Positions 1-14,269 of a stretch of DNA of 64,000 nucleotides are shown here, piece after piece. How positions within the stretch are numbered: position 1 is the first letter of the stretch; each line of letters starts with the position of its first letter. The position numbers were made by a program, and so were the translations under genes. Under the pieces are notes generated by a model, which searched no databases, was not told the DNA's origin, and saw nothing but the letters and a program-made list of their open reading frames with translations. Origin of the DNA: Epiperipatus broadwayi (taxonomy: Eukaryota > Animalia > Onychophora); assembly GCA_028023455.1 (NCBI GenBank), contig JAQFVV010000006.1, positions 20,336,001 to 20,400,000 of the forward strand, given 5' to 3'.

Positions 1-407
1 AAATGTGGATCAAAAGGACTTGGTGAGACTTAGAGCCTCAATTCTAATCAAATATATACAAGTTTGAGATCTATTAAAACTTAAGCCTTGCTTTCTTGAG
101 ATTTAGAGGTTCAGAAACTGAAATTTATTTTTGGTTCTTGTGATGCTTAGAGACTGATAAATATGTGTAGACTCATGCAGTATCTGAAATAGAAATTATG
201 AAATCATGTGACAATATAGATCCTCATGCCAATTACAAAATTCTCCTTCCACCACATATATAATCTCATTTGTTAAAAGTTCTAATAAAATTAATATTTT
301 TTATATTATCTTTCTAATTTTACATTTTTAATTTAATATACAAATTCTCTAAATGTATGAATTATTAAAATGTATGTAAAAAAGTAATAAAATTTATATT
401 TGTAAAA

Positions 408-470
408 GACCTAGAAAGAGACCATATGTGAGATGGAAGAATGAAATAAAAAGTATGGTGGGATGATGTG
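408..470 (+). mobile_element. RTE-like LINE ORF2 3'-end remnant
   Basis: Translates RPRKRPYVRWKNEIKSMVG*, matching the RGRP..RW.D.I motif typical of RTE-clade ORF2 C-termini. Confidence 0.5.
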
Positions 471-516
471 AGTTGAAATTTTAAAAGTATGGTGGGATGA
501 TATGAGTTGAAATTTT
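449..516. repeat. 34-bp tandem duplication (2 copies)
   Basis: aaaagtatggtgggatgat(g/a)tgagttgaaatttt twice, one mismatch. Confidence 0.9.
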
Positions 517-549
517 AATATGTTAGGTTAGAAAAAGGCAGTCTTTGAT

Positions 550-810
550 GTTTCTCCATGGGGAGAATAATGGGATCATCTGATGCCTTAACAACCAGGA
601 CAATTGAAGATCTAAAGCCTAGCCTAATGTGAGAAGATGACACCAGAAGCCTGCCAAGAAAGAATCTCACCAAGCCTAAAGTCAAAGCATCTATGTATCC
701 AGTTGAACAAATAACCAGTAACGTAAATCGAAAACTGCAGATCTCATTAATTGCTATTTAATTTCAAAACCTTAAATCTAAAGCTAGCTAAATATAATTA
801 AATGTAAAGT
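550..810 (+). repeat. Dispersed ~270-bp repeat, copy 1 (copy 2 at ~6610-6880)
   Basis: Colinear blocks shared with 6610-6880: gccttaaca, ttgaagatct, gcctagcctaatgtga, aatctcaccaagcct, gaaaactgcaga, aagctagctaaat.taattaaatgtaaag. Confidence 0.85.
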
Positions 811-3393
811 ATTCTCTGAATGTTTAAATTAGTGATATCGTAAATTTCATTCAAATTGATTAATCTTTTAAAGTATGTAATTAGTCTACCCACCTTGTAA
901 TTCTTTAATATCTTTCATAACTTTTGATTATCTATCACTGTGGTTATGTCTATACTTCTCCTTTGATTTGTTTTAAAATTTTTTAAATATTTATTATATA
1001 TGCTAATGCTTTGAAACAGCGAGCACTTAAAATTTAGTAAATTTTAAAGAAGATAAAATTTCAAATATCTTTGTATAATTATTTTCTTAAGGTTGCCTTA
1101 CTCATGCTGTTTCGAAATCTTATGCTGTAATAATAACAAATTGCTCTGTGCTTATTATTATTGTTAATTATTTGTTGATATAAATGTATAATGTGGTTTT
1201 ATTTTAGTAATACAACCTGCAATTTTAATTTTATATTGTAATAAGTACTGGACTAGCCTATATATTTATTCCTTAATTCCATTAATAAATCCTTTCACAA
1301 ATATAATTTTCCCTCCTTAAATGATAATTAATATAATGTAGATTGGAATATGATGACAAGATCAATAATATAATTATCCCCTTCAGTAACAGATATATAA
1401 TAATACTAGTTAATAATTGTATATTATTAGCAAAGCTGATCAAGCTATCATTTGAGTGCATATAATTTTAAATGGGTAACATTTTTATTGCTTGGTGGAT
1501 TAGATCTTATTAGATATGAATCATAGTTAATGTTTTGCTGCCTCCTTCCAAAGATGGGACTTCGGTAAGGCCATCCCATTTTCTTTTTTTGGGAAAGTGC
1601 ATTAGTGAACCCTGAAGTTTAAGACCATGTAAATCACCCCACACTCTAACTCTAAATGTTCTCTTCACAAACAGCAGGACATTCAGTCCCAGGGTATCGG
1701 TGTTGGTCACAAGAACCCTTGAGCAAATTAATCTACATGCAGAGTGACTTTATTATTACCCACCTATGCCATAGCACATTGGCAATCTACAGCAGCCAAT
1801 TCTACCCCACTCATACCTCAATATTCAGCATTAGCCTGAAACTAATTCTTTTTTCCAAAATTTAATCTACCTTTGCAAGCTGGTTTATATGCTCATAATC
1901 CTTTAGATATAAATGTCTTTAAACATTACCATGAATAGCTATCAAGGACTAGTGTAATTACTTTAAACTAGCAGCCACCATGTTAAAAGATAGGAGTTGG
2001 CATATTTCTATATAGGCATAATGTAGTGATCATTTATGTATACATACACATAATTAATATATAAGATGAGAGTCATTTGATCCTATCCTTATCCACTGTA
2101 ATGCCTGCGTGCATTTAATATGCTGAAATTTTATTCTCTACTATTTTTTATTATATTAATCACTAAATAAATGTATAGATAAATTAATTTGGTTTCACTT
2201 AATGTCTCATTATTTATTTTCTATCCAATTCAGTCCTAGTGATTTGTCGAATATGTTTGAGTGATCCTACCATACCACTAGTTGTGTTTAGTCAATTTAA
2301 AATCGCTTTAATTCTTCAGCCTCATGTTTCTCCCTGACCTACATTAACCATAAAGAAAGTGTATGTGATTGTACTTTCAAGTGTGTCATCCATAGGGTAT
2401 TGAGTCTTGGAGCATGGGCAAATGAGTTGAGGCATGATCAGACCAGGGATCTCACCATCTGATACTGATCAGCTTTAGTCTCTTTGCCTGGATTCTGTAT
2501 TCTGTTACATGAATATATAAACTTGACCATTACATAGTACATTTTTTTCTGTATTTGGATGCCCAATCATGGGGCACATTGATTATCTTCATGGCTCTGA
2601 ACCAACCACACATGGCAGCACAAAACACATATACTTTTTTTCCTGGCTATGGTGCACCAGCATGAGGCTGAACTGTTCTTTACAATAACCGTGAATTAGT
2701 TATTTATCCCTGCCTTATACCATGATATATGTAAAAAAAAATCCAGAAAAGTATGCCCAAATTATGGGGCATGAATTATTTTTACAGGATCCCGAGCAGA
2801 ATATTTTTGGTACATGGAAGATTTGACTTCTAAAAAAAAAATGTTTCCCTCATATTTGATGTTACTGGCATAAGATATAAATTAGTACAATGATTCTGTG
2901 TACTAATATTGTATTGTATATGTAAAAATTTTTGCAGTAATGCATAGTGAAATCTAAGAAAATATTACAGTTGTCAAGTATTTTATGTAAACTTTCCTGC
3001 TCACTGGTGACTGACACCCAGGAATGATTTGAATAGGTTATGAGTTATCCTTAAATAAATTCATCATCAGGGGTAGAGAAAGAGAACTTTAAACTAAAAG
3101 ACAAAAGGGGGACCTATTGTTGTAGGAATTAATCTTTATGAATTGGATTAAAAATGAGAAGGAAACAATAACCCAAGTTAAATTGTAAAGCTTAATGTAT
3201 TTAATACTGGCACAAATATTTAAACAAAATGTAATGGTACAATCATGAACACTTTAAGTTTATTTACAGAAAAAGCAGCTGGAAGAAGAGACAAGGCACA
3301 GTGAGCAATATTTTAATAATATATTTTATAATATTAACTTTTTATTTATTCATATTTTTTAAACATTGGGCAGGTCTTATAAAATGAAATATT

Positions 3394-3407
3394 GTAGTAG
3401 TGAGAAG

Positions 3408-3443
<36 letters not shown>

Positions 3444-3455
3444 TTCTCACTACTA

Positions 3456-3505
<50 letters not shown>
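3394..3505. repeat. (TA)n tracts with 15-bp perfect inverted arms
   Basis: gtagtagtgagaagt (3394-3408), TA tract, acttctcactactac (3442-3456), then a second TA tract to 3505. Confidence 0.9.
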
Positions 3506-3509
<4 letters not shown>

Positions 3510-3575
3510 GAGAGTTTAGATAGGCTAAAAGCTAGGATGAATAGTAGATAAGCCATTCCTTAGTATGGAGAGCAG

Positions 3576-3633
3576 CAAACATCCATGTAATTAAGTTAGA
3601 TTAACAAACATCCATGTAATTAAGTTAGATTAA
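3576..3633. repeat. 29-bp perfect tandem duplication
   Basis: caaacatccatgtaattaagttagattaa x2. Confidence 0.9.
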
Positions 3634-3669
3634 AGAAACCACAATGAGGTAAAACCAAATAGATTCATT

Positions 3670-5260
3670 CCAAAAATGATAAGAATAGATAGCAGTACAG
3701 AGGAGGAAACAGTAGAGGAAGTGAAGAGTAAGGGTATAAGGTTGAGGTCTGGAAGAGAGATTGTTGAAGACAGTAGTAGTGCAGAAGGAGTCAAGAGGGA
3801 GTGCTGGGATATAAATTTACTGCTGAAGCATACTGAGATATGAATCTACTGCTGAAGCAAATTAAGTTAGATGCAGATGAGAGAGACCAAAAAATAACAA
3901 AAAAATGGAGAAATGTGATAGATGGTTGGAAGAAAAAGATAGGCAGTTGGAGGAAAGGAAAAGAGGTTGGAGGAAAGGATAAACAGTTAGAGGAAAGGCT
4001 ATGCATAGAATTTTCAGGAATTGAGAATCAGCTGTAAGTAGAAATGTGAAGAATTTCAGGTGGAATTCACAGGAATGTTGAACCAGAGTCAGGAGGAAAA
4101 CAATAATGAAATAATAGCAATCAAAGGGGAAATTAAAACCATTGGAGAACAGGTTGAACAATAGAAAGTGGTTATGAAGGAGAAGGTCTCTAAAATTGGA
4201 ATGAATATAACCAGAAAGTTCAAAGAACACGAGGAAGTGCAGAGGGAGATAAGGGATAAAGTGTATGAGCTGAGGGAAGAGCTTGCAGAGGTGAAATCAG
4301 ACATCACAAAGAAAAAAATTCTGAAGTTAACTCAGTCACTCAAATCCCAGCAGATAGAGAATTGCTGACTCTAAAAGGATCCAAAGAAAGATGTGAGAAA
4401 AAGCAATAAATCAGGAAGGAAGTTAGCCTAAGCCCTACAGGTTTCCAAGTCATTACAAAAGATATAGAAGATAAGAGGGTTACTCGATGAAGTGGGAGGA
4501 TTGGTGTTAAATCAAAAAGAAGGAATAAAGCAAGACAGAATAGGAGAAATAGTACAGAAAGAGGATAAGCTAATAATGTCATAAGTAGAAGCGCTAAGAT
4601 GAGATGAAGCTAGAGAAAATGAAAGAGCCAGGAAACTTACAAACAGATGATAAAGAGGGTGATGCCACCTCCAATATTAAGGTAGAAGGATTTGAAAATA
4701 GGGGTCTTCTGAGTAGGAGCAAGGTAGTATGGATGTAAAGACCATAGTGGAAGGAGGAATTAGGAAATTGAAGTGGGAGCTCCAACAGGACTGGCTAGTG
4801 ATGGATAAAATAACTCTAGTGAATCAAGGTGATGTATGGGAAAAGACCAAGGGGTTCAATAAATGAGCAGCAAAATGGGCTGTACCACAAAGAGAAAGAA
4901 GAAAAAGGGAAAAAAGTTCCATATGCTACCAAGAAGAAAATAAGGTTGAGCGGGAAGAAATTGAGTGGGGCAGTACTAAAAGAAGCCATGGGAGTTAGAC
5001 AGTGTACAATCAGAGTGGGAGTCCAGGTATGGATTTGGATCATAAAATCTGGTAATGAGCAGTCAGGGAAGCACAGAAAATATTTTCTCATCTATGAGGG
5101 AGTAGACATGATCAAAAAAACCAGGAGAATAATGTCTTTACACTGGAGATAAAGTATGAATTAATAACAAGATCCCTTATATTGGAAGTGAATATTCACG
5201 AAGTTTAGAATTGTGCCAAGAACAGCCTCCTTTAATATTGACAGAAGATTATGAGGGATA
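3670..5260 (+). mobile_element. Degenerate LTR-retrotransposon gag/protease remnant
   Basis: Purine-rich broken ORFs: N-terminal IRLRSGREI (LRSG, common at Gypsy Gag starts), coiled-coil segment (4168-4368), and IIKSGNEQS (~5040-5065) resembling a decayed protease LIDSGSE.S motif. Many stops and frameshifts. Confidence 0.5.
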
Positions 5261-5578
5261 TAGATGGTTATCAGATGATGATGATGTCATTTTGTTGGTT
5301 TAATTCCCAAAATAGGGAAACTAATTCTCAATCAACCCCCAGATCCTAAATGATGCCATCAAAGGATCTATCTCTTCCCATGCCATTTATATTAATTATT
5401 AAAAATAACATCCCAATTCAAATATCACTTTAACCATGACATATATCTGATTGAATATATTAAAGTTTGTATGTTATATTTTGAATTGTAAATAATCTTA
5501 ACTATACATGTTTAATTATCATATTAACCTTTGGCACAGAAACCATGCAACAGGTGACTAATGATAACAGTAAAATAA

Positions 5579-5609
<31 letters not shown>

Positions 5610-6609
5610 TCATTAATCAATTATAAGTAAATAATTTTTATTGTTCTTTTTGTCGCAAGTTCAGGGATATGAATCCATAACCTTTCAATCCCTTACTGTT
5701 TCATCATCAACCTGATTACCTACCCATATGTTCTAGGTTCAAACCTTATTAAAAATGAAGCACTAAAATATACTATCATGGTCACTTGTACAGCATTATA
5801 TATACATATGAACAAACACTGTAAATAGATAGGATATTAATTATTGCAGCATATAAATTTCATGTATTATTTTTAAAAATGTTTCTATTACAGAGTTAAT
5901 AATAGAAAGTCAATTTATTAAATTTTATTATTATAAATTCGTATGTAGATGTATAATCCAACCCATATTGTTATAACATATATACACCCTATATATATAT
6001 ATATATATATATATAGGGTGGCAAAATTTAATTTTAATAAAGGTCTTTTTTTTTAATTTTAGTAATTAAAGTAAGTTTTCAGTTTAGCAATTAAAGCTAA
6101 TTTTGTTGTAAATAAGAATTTACATTAAACTGCCACACCTGTGGTAAGAGGAAAAATAAAAACTAGTTTTAAACTTTGTTAATTGCTGTACTTATTAAAG
6201 CAATAAACCTAAAGCATGTGCAGTTGAAAATGCAATGGTAGGGACCTCTACAGGTCTTAACCACAAGCTTACACATTGGAAAAAATCAATGTGTGTTAAA
6301 TAAATTTATAATTGCTGTACTCTAAATTGTTTACAACAAAATGGTCTTATAGGAAAATCATTGGACTGACACTATTGAACAGCCTGGGGAAGTTTATATT
6401 GTCTTGAAAATTCAAACAATATTTTTGAAATCAAATTGTGCAAACAATTTTTAAAGTTAATGGGTTTTGAAGTGAAATAAATTCTTCATGAGTAAGTGCT
6501 TATGCCTTATACATATAAATAGGCCATATTTTAAGCTTAGAGATCTAGAATCCATTTTTTAATAGCATTTGCTAACTAAATTCACACCAATTGAAATTTT
6601 AATGTCGGC

Positions 6610-6880
6610 ATGGCAAGAATGGCAGGGTTTTACTACCATCCAATGCCTTAACAGCCAGGGCAGTTGAAGATCTACTGCCTAGCCTAATGTGAAAAGAAAA
6701 TGATACCAGAAACCTGCCCAAGAAAATCTCACCAAGCCTGAAGTCCAAGTATCTATGTATAGCTGAACAAACAATTGGTAACATAAATTGAAAACTGCAG
6801 AGCTCTCTGTAAATTGTTATTTAACTTTCAAATTCTAAACCTAAATTTCAAAGCTAGCTAAATGTAATTAAATGTAAAGG
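6610..6880 (+). repeat. Dispersed ~270-bp repeat, copy 2
   Basis: Homologous to 550-810 (blocks listed there). Confidence 0.85.
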
Positions 6881-8817
6881 AAAATATATTTTTACTGATG
6901 CTTATATAATTGATCAATGAAAAGTTGGAAGCTTATTTACGTCTATCTACAGAGATTTTAAAATGAAATGACACAGTAAAGTTTATAGGAAAGGCATCTC
7001 AGTTTCTCATGTTTAGAATAAAATGTTCAAATTAGTTTTATAAACTACTCTTCATTAAAATAAAAATGATATATGATAAGAAAGCTTACAATGAAATAGA
7101 CTGAAAGTAAACATAAAAAAGTGGAAAATAAGAAAACTTCCAATGAAATTTTTCAAATAAAATTTCAGCATGAAATTACAGAAATAAAGACATAAAAATA
7201 ATATTATTTAAATAAATATTACACTGATATCTGTTTACTTTAAAATAGCTGAACAGACGACTGTATATGTTTAAAAAGGAATAATTAGATAAAGAAACAC
7301 CCTGAAAGTTGTAGCATTATGTTTTAATAAGACTTCAACTTTAATATTCCTACATAACAATTTATAATTTCTTATTATTTATATATATTTTTTCAAATTA
7401 GAAAGATTGAGTGCAGTAATTTGAATGTTGAAATATATGTGTATAAGATTTAAATATGTTATGTAACTTATATGTGTATGCAAGCTATAAGTCTATTTAT
7501 TTGTGCCTAAGAAGAAATAAAGTAATTTTTATCAAATTATGATTGCTATTGATACTAACTTTGCTCACCTTTAACAAATATTGTTAAACTTTGAATAATA
7601 GTATTATTTAAGCATCATTTCTGATAATTGTTTTATTAAATAATTTCCATTCCTTGTATAGTATTTATTTTTTATAATCAATGAAATTAATGGTCTAATT
7701 AAAGACTTTGCTTTTAAAAATGGATTTATGCCTGGTATCTTTATTATTATGTGTTGGTGTCACAATCCATGAAAATTTACATACAGATTTAGTTTACATA
7801 CAAATTTTACCTAAATTGTTAACTAGGAAAGGATCATAATTATCTATGGAAGAGAATGTTTTAGGTCCTGGGACAAATCATCATAATTATTAATAGTTAA
7901 ATGCTCTAGAATTAAATCATTTCAAGTAAAAGTTAATAGAAGCAATTTTTCAGATGTACATTTAAATAGTCATACTACTAAATATATTCTCATTTATTAA
8001 AAAAAGAAATGAATTTGTGGTTATTACTCAAGATTGAAGCTATTAAATCTCATTCAAGAAAAAATGTGTAAGATCTGGTCCAGAAAGAGCCTTCAATATA
8101 TCATCATCAAATGGACATTATCTACCTCTTAATTTAATTTACTTCCCCTGATAATTTATATTAAAACTTAATAGTCTTAGATGTTATTTAATTATTTATG
8201 AGATTAATTTAACTTATGAATAGGGTCACTTATCTTAGTTAATTTTATAAAATACTACATCACTCAATATTCTAGTAGTCTGTGTATTATTCTGCGGTCA
8301 TTATATTCTTAAAATATTTTTAGTGGCTAGGCCACTACATTGATATTGTAAATGAAAATATCTCACATGAGTTTAAAATAGATGATAAATAAACTGTTTA
8401 AGCCAAGTCATTTCATTATGATATTAAAAATTGCTTTGACAGGTAATTGAAATTAATGGTTGTTGAATAGGCATGAAATGCTCACATATTTATATTTGTA
8501 AATTAATCTATTTTTAAGCAAATATCAGCTTTGTTATCTTAATAATAATTAGTTTCAGTGCAGTTGAAAAGTTAAAAAGACTATTTGTTAATCTGCTTTC
8601 AAAACAGGTTTTATTTACTTTATTAATGAAAAAAAATTAAATTTTCATGAATTAAAAATTTCATTCTGTTTCAATCAAATGTTAATGTTTAGTGTCTATA
8701 TAAGCATCTTTGACTCTGGAGAAAGCTGTGTATCCACTTTTCTTTTATTGATAAAAAGTTGCCATAACAACAGATTGAAGTATCTTGGCATAAGATAGGC
8801 ATGGGCTGCTTTTGTTT

Positions 8818-8851
<34 letters not shown>

Positions 8852-9957
8852 TCAAAATTAAAATCTATATCTAAATATTTTCTAACCTAGCATAAGGAAT
8901 TATGTATTTATATATAGTATTATTCAGTAGCTAACTTATAAAATGAAAATAAATATATTTAAATAGAGCATGGTGAATCATAAATCTATAATAACCCTTA
9001 CAAAATAATATGAAGAATGAGAAAGAAGATTTAAAAATTATTTGTTTCTTCATTATCCAAATGTAAATATTTTTGATTGTTGAATGCTATGTAAGCAAGA
9101 TATATAAGTAATATGCACCATGGTAGACTCTCCCTTCTAGTACATGTAAGCCCATTATAACCAACACATTGGAAATATAAATCAGAAGATTGAATTCAAA
9201 TTACTACATTAACAGAATTAATATTCATTATGTACTATAAAATACTTGACTTTTATAATTATTATTTATGACTTATAAACTATAAATTAAATTATGTAAT
9301 TATTTGAATAAATAAATTGAAATGTATAAATTGAAATTGAGAACCAGTATTAAAGAAAACAATGAATAAAAACATTAAATAATAATAATAAATAAATATA
9401 CTTGGTATATGCATAGCTAATGCACGTATATTATTAGATTCACCAAAAATTAATAAATGAAATAATTGCTTATGTTACATGAATGAAGAATATGCCATAA
9501 TTCTAAACTTACCCACATGTCTTAGCTTGAGGTCAAAGTCATGGATATTAATTTATAATTTTTAATCATTCCTCACTTAGACTGTGTCTTGTGTAAGATA
9601 CATTACTTGTAAACATTTTATTTATAATGTTGGGAAGAAATATTGTTATAAGCTTTAAAATATATATTTCTCAAATATTTTTTAAAAATATTTTAAATAT
9701 AAATAAATTATAAAGACCAAATGTGTAAACAATTACTTAAGTATACTAAATTTCATAAAATAATTGCTTATTAAGTGATATAATCTTTATATTGTGAAAT
9801 CAAATACAGTGCAATCCTATAAGATTTTTATAAAGTTTTAACAGAAATATGTGCATCCTACTTTTAATATCATATTTATTTTATTTATTTTAAAAGTAAA
9901 ATTAATATTCAGTAAGTCTTTAATAGAATTAAAATATAATACACTTATAAAATTCTA

Positions 9958-10085
9958 TATTTGTTGTTGTAGTAGTAGTAGTAGTAGTGGTAGTGGTAGT
10001 TGTGGTAGTAGTAGTAGTAGTAGTAATAGTAATAATAATAGTAGTGGTAATGGTGGTGGTGTTGTTGGTGGTAGTGGTGGTAGGA
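9958..10085. repeat. Compound trinucleotide microsatellite (GTA/GTG/ATA)
   Basis: Visible directly; explains the poly-Thr and poly-Ser/Gly ORF tails. Confidence 0.9.
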
Positions 10086-10094
10086 ATGGTAATG

Positions 10095-10410
10095 GATGCT
10101 GAAACATTATTATCTACTTTGCAATTTTGATTCAATTTCTGAATTCGTTTTAACAACAGCAAGTGCTTTTTAGTTCTTTTTTCCAATGTATATCTTAATT
10201 CACCTATATATACACTACCACACCTACATATCCATTTATAAATAATACAATTTTTATTTATAAATGAGGTTTTATCTTTAGAATTATTTATTAATTTGTT
10301 TAATGTAGAAGGTGTGTAAAATGCAATATCACATATACCTTTATAAATCATCCTTATAAAATTTACTTGATTATTCAAAATATATGGTATTGATATCCAT
10401 ATTTTTTATT
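10095..10410 (-). mobile_element. Penelope-like element, GIY-YIG endonuclease fragment
   Basis: IPYILN...FYTPSTLNKLINNSKDK...IIYKWICRCGSVYIGELRYTLEKRTKKH matches the PLE pattern LPY...F.P..TL...KDK...VYKI.C.CG..YIGET.R.L..R..EH. Interrupted by the microsatellite. Confidence 0.85.
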
Positions 10411-11571
10411 AGCAGGAGGATCAATATTATTGTTAAAATTTTTATTCTTATATCTCATATTAAAATCTCTAATAACATTATACATATGATTATAACTGCA
10501 ATCAACATTTAACAATTCATTCAAATTATATATAATGGTTTGAAAGTGGAACATATATATCTAATTTTTAAATTTCATTAGAACATCTTCATTTTGTAGT
10601 CCAGTAAATTATCACAATTTTTATTCACTTTATAACAAATTATAGGACAGAAAATATTGCCCAAAAGAAATTTATGTGTTGTAATTAAAATTCTATGCTC
10701 AGACTAGTTCAAATTTTCTATATAACATTCATTTCATTTTTTCCACATCAGAGAGAGAATTTCTAGTATCTTAATTATCTTGCAAAACAGTAAATATTGT
10801 ATCATACCTAAGGTATATTAGATTGATTGATGGTTTTGCTGAAGAAACTTATTTAAATTAGCATATTTATAATTTTATACCCCTTTCATTTCAAATCTCA
10901 GGGTTATATATACTATCAAAAGCCAAAAGCTAAACTAATTAATAAAATAAATAAATGGTACCAAATTCAAAATTAATAAAAGTAGCCAAAATTAGAATTA
11001 AATTTCACAATCAATGATTTTCCTGTCAGGGCAGACTTTTACCCAAACAGAAAACAAATATGTATTTTTATTATGTTATTTTTGGAAATTCTTTGTAAAC
11101 AAACATTTGGGTATATATATATTGAACCTGATTGAAATCCGGTTCAATGGTGTTGTTATTAAACAAAAAAAAAAGAAATTTATTAAGCTTTTAATTTTAA
11201 TTAAACGTAGAGTTTAAATTTGCAATATTATTTAAAAAGAATGCGTGTATCCAAGTATACATGCGTTTATATGTAAAACGGATTTTTTAAAAATGTTTAT
11301 CAATTTATTTTAAAATAGTTTTCATATACCACCTGTTTTTAAATCCATTTGATTTAAAAACAAGCTGGCTAGCTAATTGCATTCCTGTTGCTTTTATTTT
11401 AATCATTGTAAACAATTTTATAGCGGCGATTTGATTTTTATGTTGTTGTTTTCATTTCAATAAACCCTGGGTGGAATTCTTAGATAGATTGAGCAGGAGA
11501 TTAATATTTGCCCTGCCTAAGGTGTAGAAATTGGACAACAAGTAAAGTGTTTTGCAGGAAATGGAGCATCA

Positions 11572-11604
11572 TATAAATAGCCCCGAAAATTTGGAGTGTC
11601 AGTT
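11572..11604 (+). promoter_or_regulatory. Candidate TATA + initiator core promoter 1 (TSS ~11601)
   Basis: TATAAATA at 11572 and TCAGTT with A at 11601 (29-nt offset), at the start of a CpG-retaining zone. Confidence 0.55.
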
Positions 11605-11927
11605 AATTCATTTTTGAGAGATAGACAAATGGTTTTCTCATGTGAAAGTTATAGCAACGCGGACTTTTAAATTTCTGAATTAAAGGACACCAGCTGTTAT
11701 TGAATACTTTCGCTTGCAAAAATGAAAAATTCTATACTTGTTATCACCACCAGAATGGCTTGCTAACTCCACAAAAGATGGATCCCTGACTTCCAAGTTT
11801 GCTCCAGTAAAGCTTTGAACACCTAAAAGAAGCTGGAACCTCTTTACATCTACTTTGCTGCCTAAAGAATCTGAAAATTAACTTAATTAAAAGTGCACAC
11901 TCTACGTGAACTTTGTTTTACTGAAAG
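11601..11927 (+). other. Candidate non-coding first exon (short uORFs only)
   Basis: Runs from the Inr to the donor AAG|GTAACT (11927/11928); its ATGs open only short ORFs such as MKNSILVITTRMAC*. Confidence 0.35.
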
Positions 11928-14269
11928 GTAACTATTTTCGTTTTTATTCTTCCCAGGGTAAATTAATTCTCATTAAATCTCCGCTCAATCTAATCATAAA
12001 TATGTCTTCTTAAATCAATATAGCCTCATATCTAATATTTGCTGTGTTTTCCAATATTTTATAGTGTGTCTTGGAATCTTAGTTTTAAGCTTCCAATTTG
12101 CTTTCAGTTTTGTTTATTGGAGAGTGATGAATGAGTTTTATATTTTATGCCTCACTTGTGTAAATGCTTTAGCAGTCTTGTATATATATATATTTTTTAT
12201 GCTTACCTGTAATTATTTAGTATTCAATAATTAATTTTATACTCTATGTTTGCCCCCTTGCTAAACCTCCAAAAATCTTTTGGCTGACGACTTTATTGTC
12301 TAATTTTCCACAGGTGGAGATTTTGTTTCTAATATCTCCAAAAAAAAAAGCGGAAATTAGAATTGTGTTTTTTTTTGTAATTTTATAAGTCGTCAGCAGG
12401 AAGATAAATTTTATCTTTTCTTAAATTATAGGTGAGCAATACTTTCGGTCTGCTAGAGTATTTAAACTTTTGATATTTCATACTCATGTGCACTCTCCGA
12501 TAGATTTCTTTTTGTAGTTATTATGTGTGCTTTAAATTTCAGAGCGTGTGCTCAGAATTTGTTTGTAAGTTTATTTTCTTTTCTTTATTTGCTGGGGCAG
12601 ACGTAACTGTTTTTCTAATCATTTACTTGTCTTTTATTGGGACCATTAATTATTAATTTTAAAGTAATTTTCACCAATCGTTTGGCTGGGATTCACCAGT
12701 TTTAATTGTTTCTTCATTTCAGTCATGTTTGTCGGTTGTTCTTGAGGTGGATCAATCACCGTTATTTTAAACATACTAATAGGTGCAGCTCATACCGATA
12801 TAAGGACCTTCAAGGTCTGACCAATTTTTTTTAGATCTTGAACAGCTCATCAGTGCTGGATTCTTTGGTCTATTTCAGGGGCATAGGGTTTAAATATCTG
12901 AAAGTGAAAACCAATGTTTAGGTGAATTCTCTGCTGAATGAGATTTGCCTTCTCCCTTTTACATTTGTTTATTAGAAGATCAGTCAGTCTGTCATAGCTT
13001 TGCCTTTAGTATGTCTGGTACATGCCTGAGTTAACCCCATCTCTTGTGTCATAAACTTATATTTAATAATTTATTTTCTCATAATAAAATTTATGAAATA
13101 TGTTTAAACTTAATTTGGCTGACGTTTGTCTTTGTGCTTTTGTCTCAATTGTCTAAACAATTTAAGATCTCTTGTTTCTCCCTGGGTCTAGTCGGTGCAA
13201 ACCATCATCTCACAGTAAACAAATTTTCCAGACACGTAGTGGTCTGGTGGCGCTCTCTGTTTCAGAATAGATTGAGTATCTGGTATAATATATATATATT
13301 ATAGAAAAATCCTTGATTGTAACCATGCAATATGGTTGAAATGTTGGAAAATTTAATTTTAAAAAAAGGTTTATAAAGTAATGAAAATCAAGATTTAAAA
13401 AGAAAAAGTGTGTTAAATAATTTTTTAAAAATATATTCAAATTAATGAATCATATTTGTAAAGAAAATGGTGAAATATTGATTTTTAACAAATTTATACT
13501 AACCTACTATCCCATAATATACCTAATATTCCAATTAGCTTCAATATCAAAACAACTTTTAAATAAGTTTTAAAATTGTAAAAGGTAAAAGCCTGAAATC
13601 CGGCATGGCCGCTTGGGGCATTGTTTACATGTCAAAACACATAAAAAATGCTGTTTTGGCGGCCGCAGCCTTACAGGCTAATACAACATTTACGTATTGT
13701 ATTAACCCATTGAGCTAGGCCACTTTACATGACATTGCACAAAAATATTACGGCCTGTTTTGTGCTTTGAAGCTATTTATGCGTATTCATTCTTTTCATA
13801 GCTGATTACCGTATCGCTTGAGGGTGTTTAAATTTCAAGGCGGTACGACTTTTTCAAATCTCCGTAATAAAGTAATGTCATTTCAGTTTAAAAAATATTG
13901 TTAATTATTAAGAATTGTCATATAGTCCCCACCCTTCCTGAAAAAAAGGTTAATATGTAAAAAATTGGCAAAGTGTATGTTTGAGCAGGCTTCAACAAAG
14001 CTCACACGCTAAGTCATGTTTCAGCGTGGTGGGGAAAATATTCGAGACCACTAAAAGATCTGAGATGAACATGCAATTTTGAAACTTTTCTTCAGATAAA
14101 TTTTCGAGTAGGGGAAAGTGTGTGAGATTGTGTTTTTTTTTATTTTGTCAGGCACATGTAATGTCCACTTTTTATTACAGCAATAAAATTGAATAAATAA
14201 TTTTAAAAAGTCCAAAATTTGTGTCCTTTTTTTTTGTTTTTTTTATTTCATTAGAAATTGACAAGTATT

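Noticed and set aside
2344-3050. piggyBac-like MITE (ttaacc start, internal gccca...tggggca repeats)
   Set aside because: No matching TTAA-bounded right TIR.
3096-3400. Polypurine tract (aaaagacaaaaggggga) followed by TGT as an LTR start
   Set aside because: No second LTR copy or clear CA end; too weak to call.
6620-6700. HDV-like ribozyme in the 270-bp repeat
   Set aside because: A P4-like hairpin and ctaa are present, but P1 and P3 cannot be paired convincingly.
9851-10102. Ser/Gly-rich + strand ORF
   Set aside because: Reads through the trinucleotide microsatellite, antisense to the Penelope fragment.
12800-12860. ctgatgag on the minus strand as a hammerhead core
   Set aside because: No stem II followed by GAAA and no stem I pairing.
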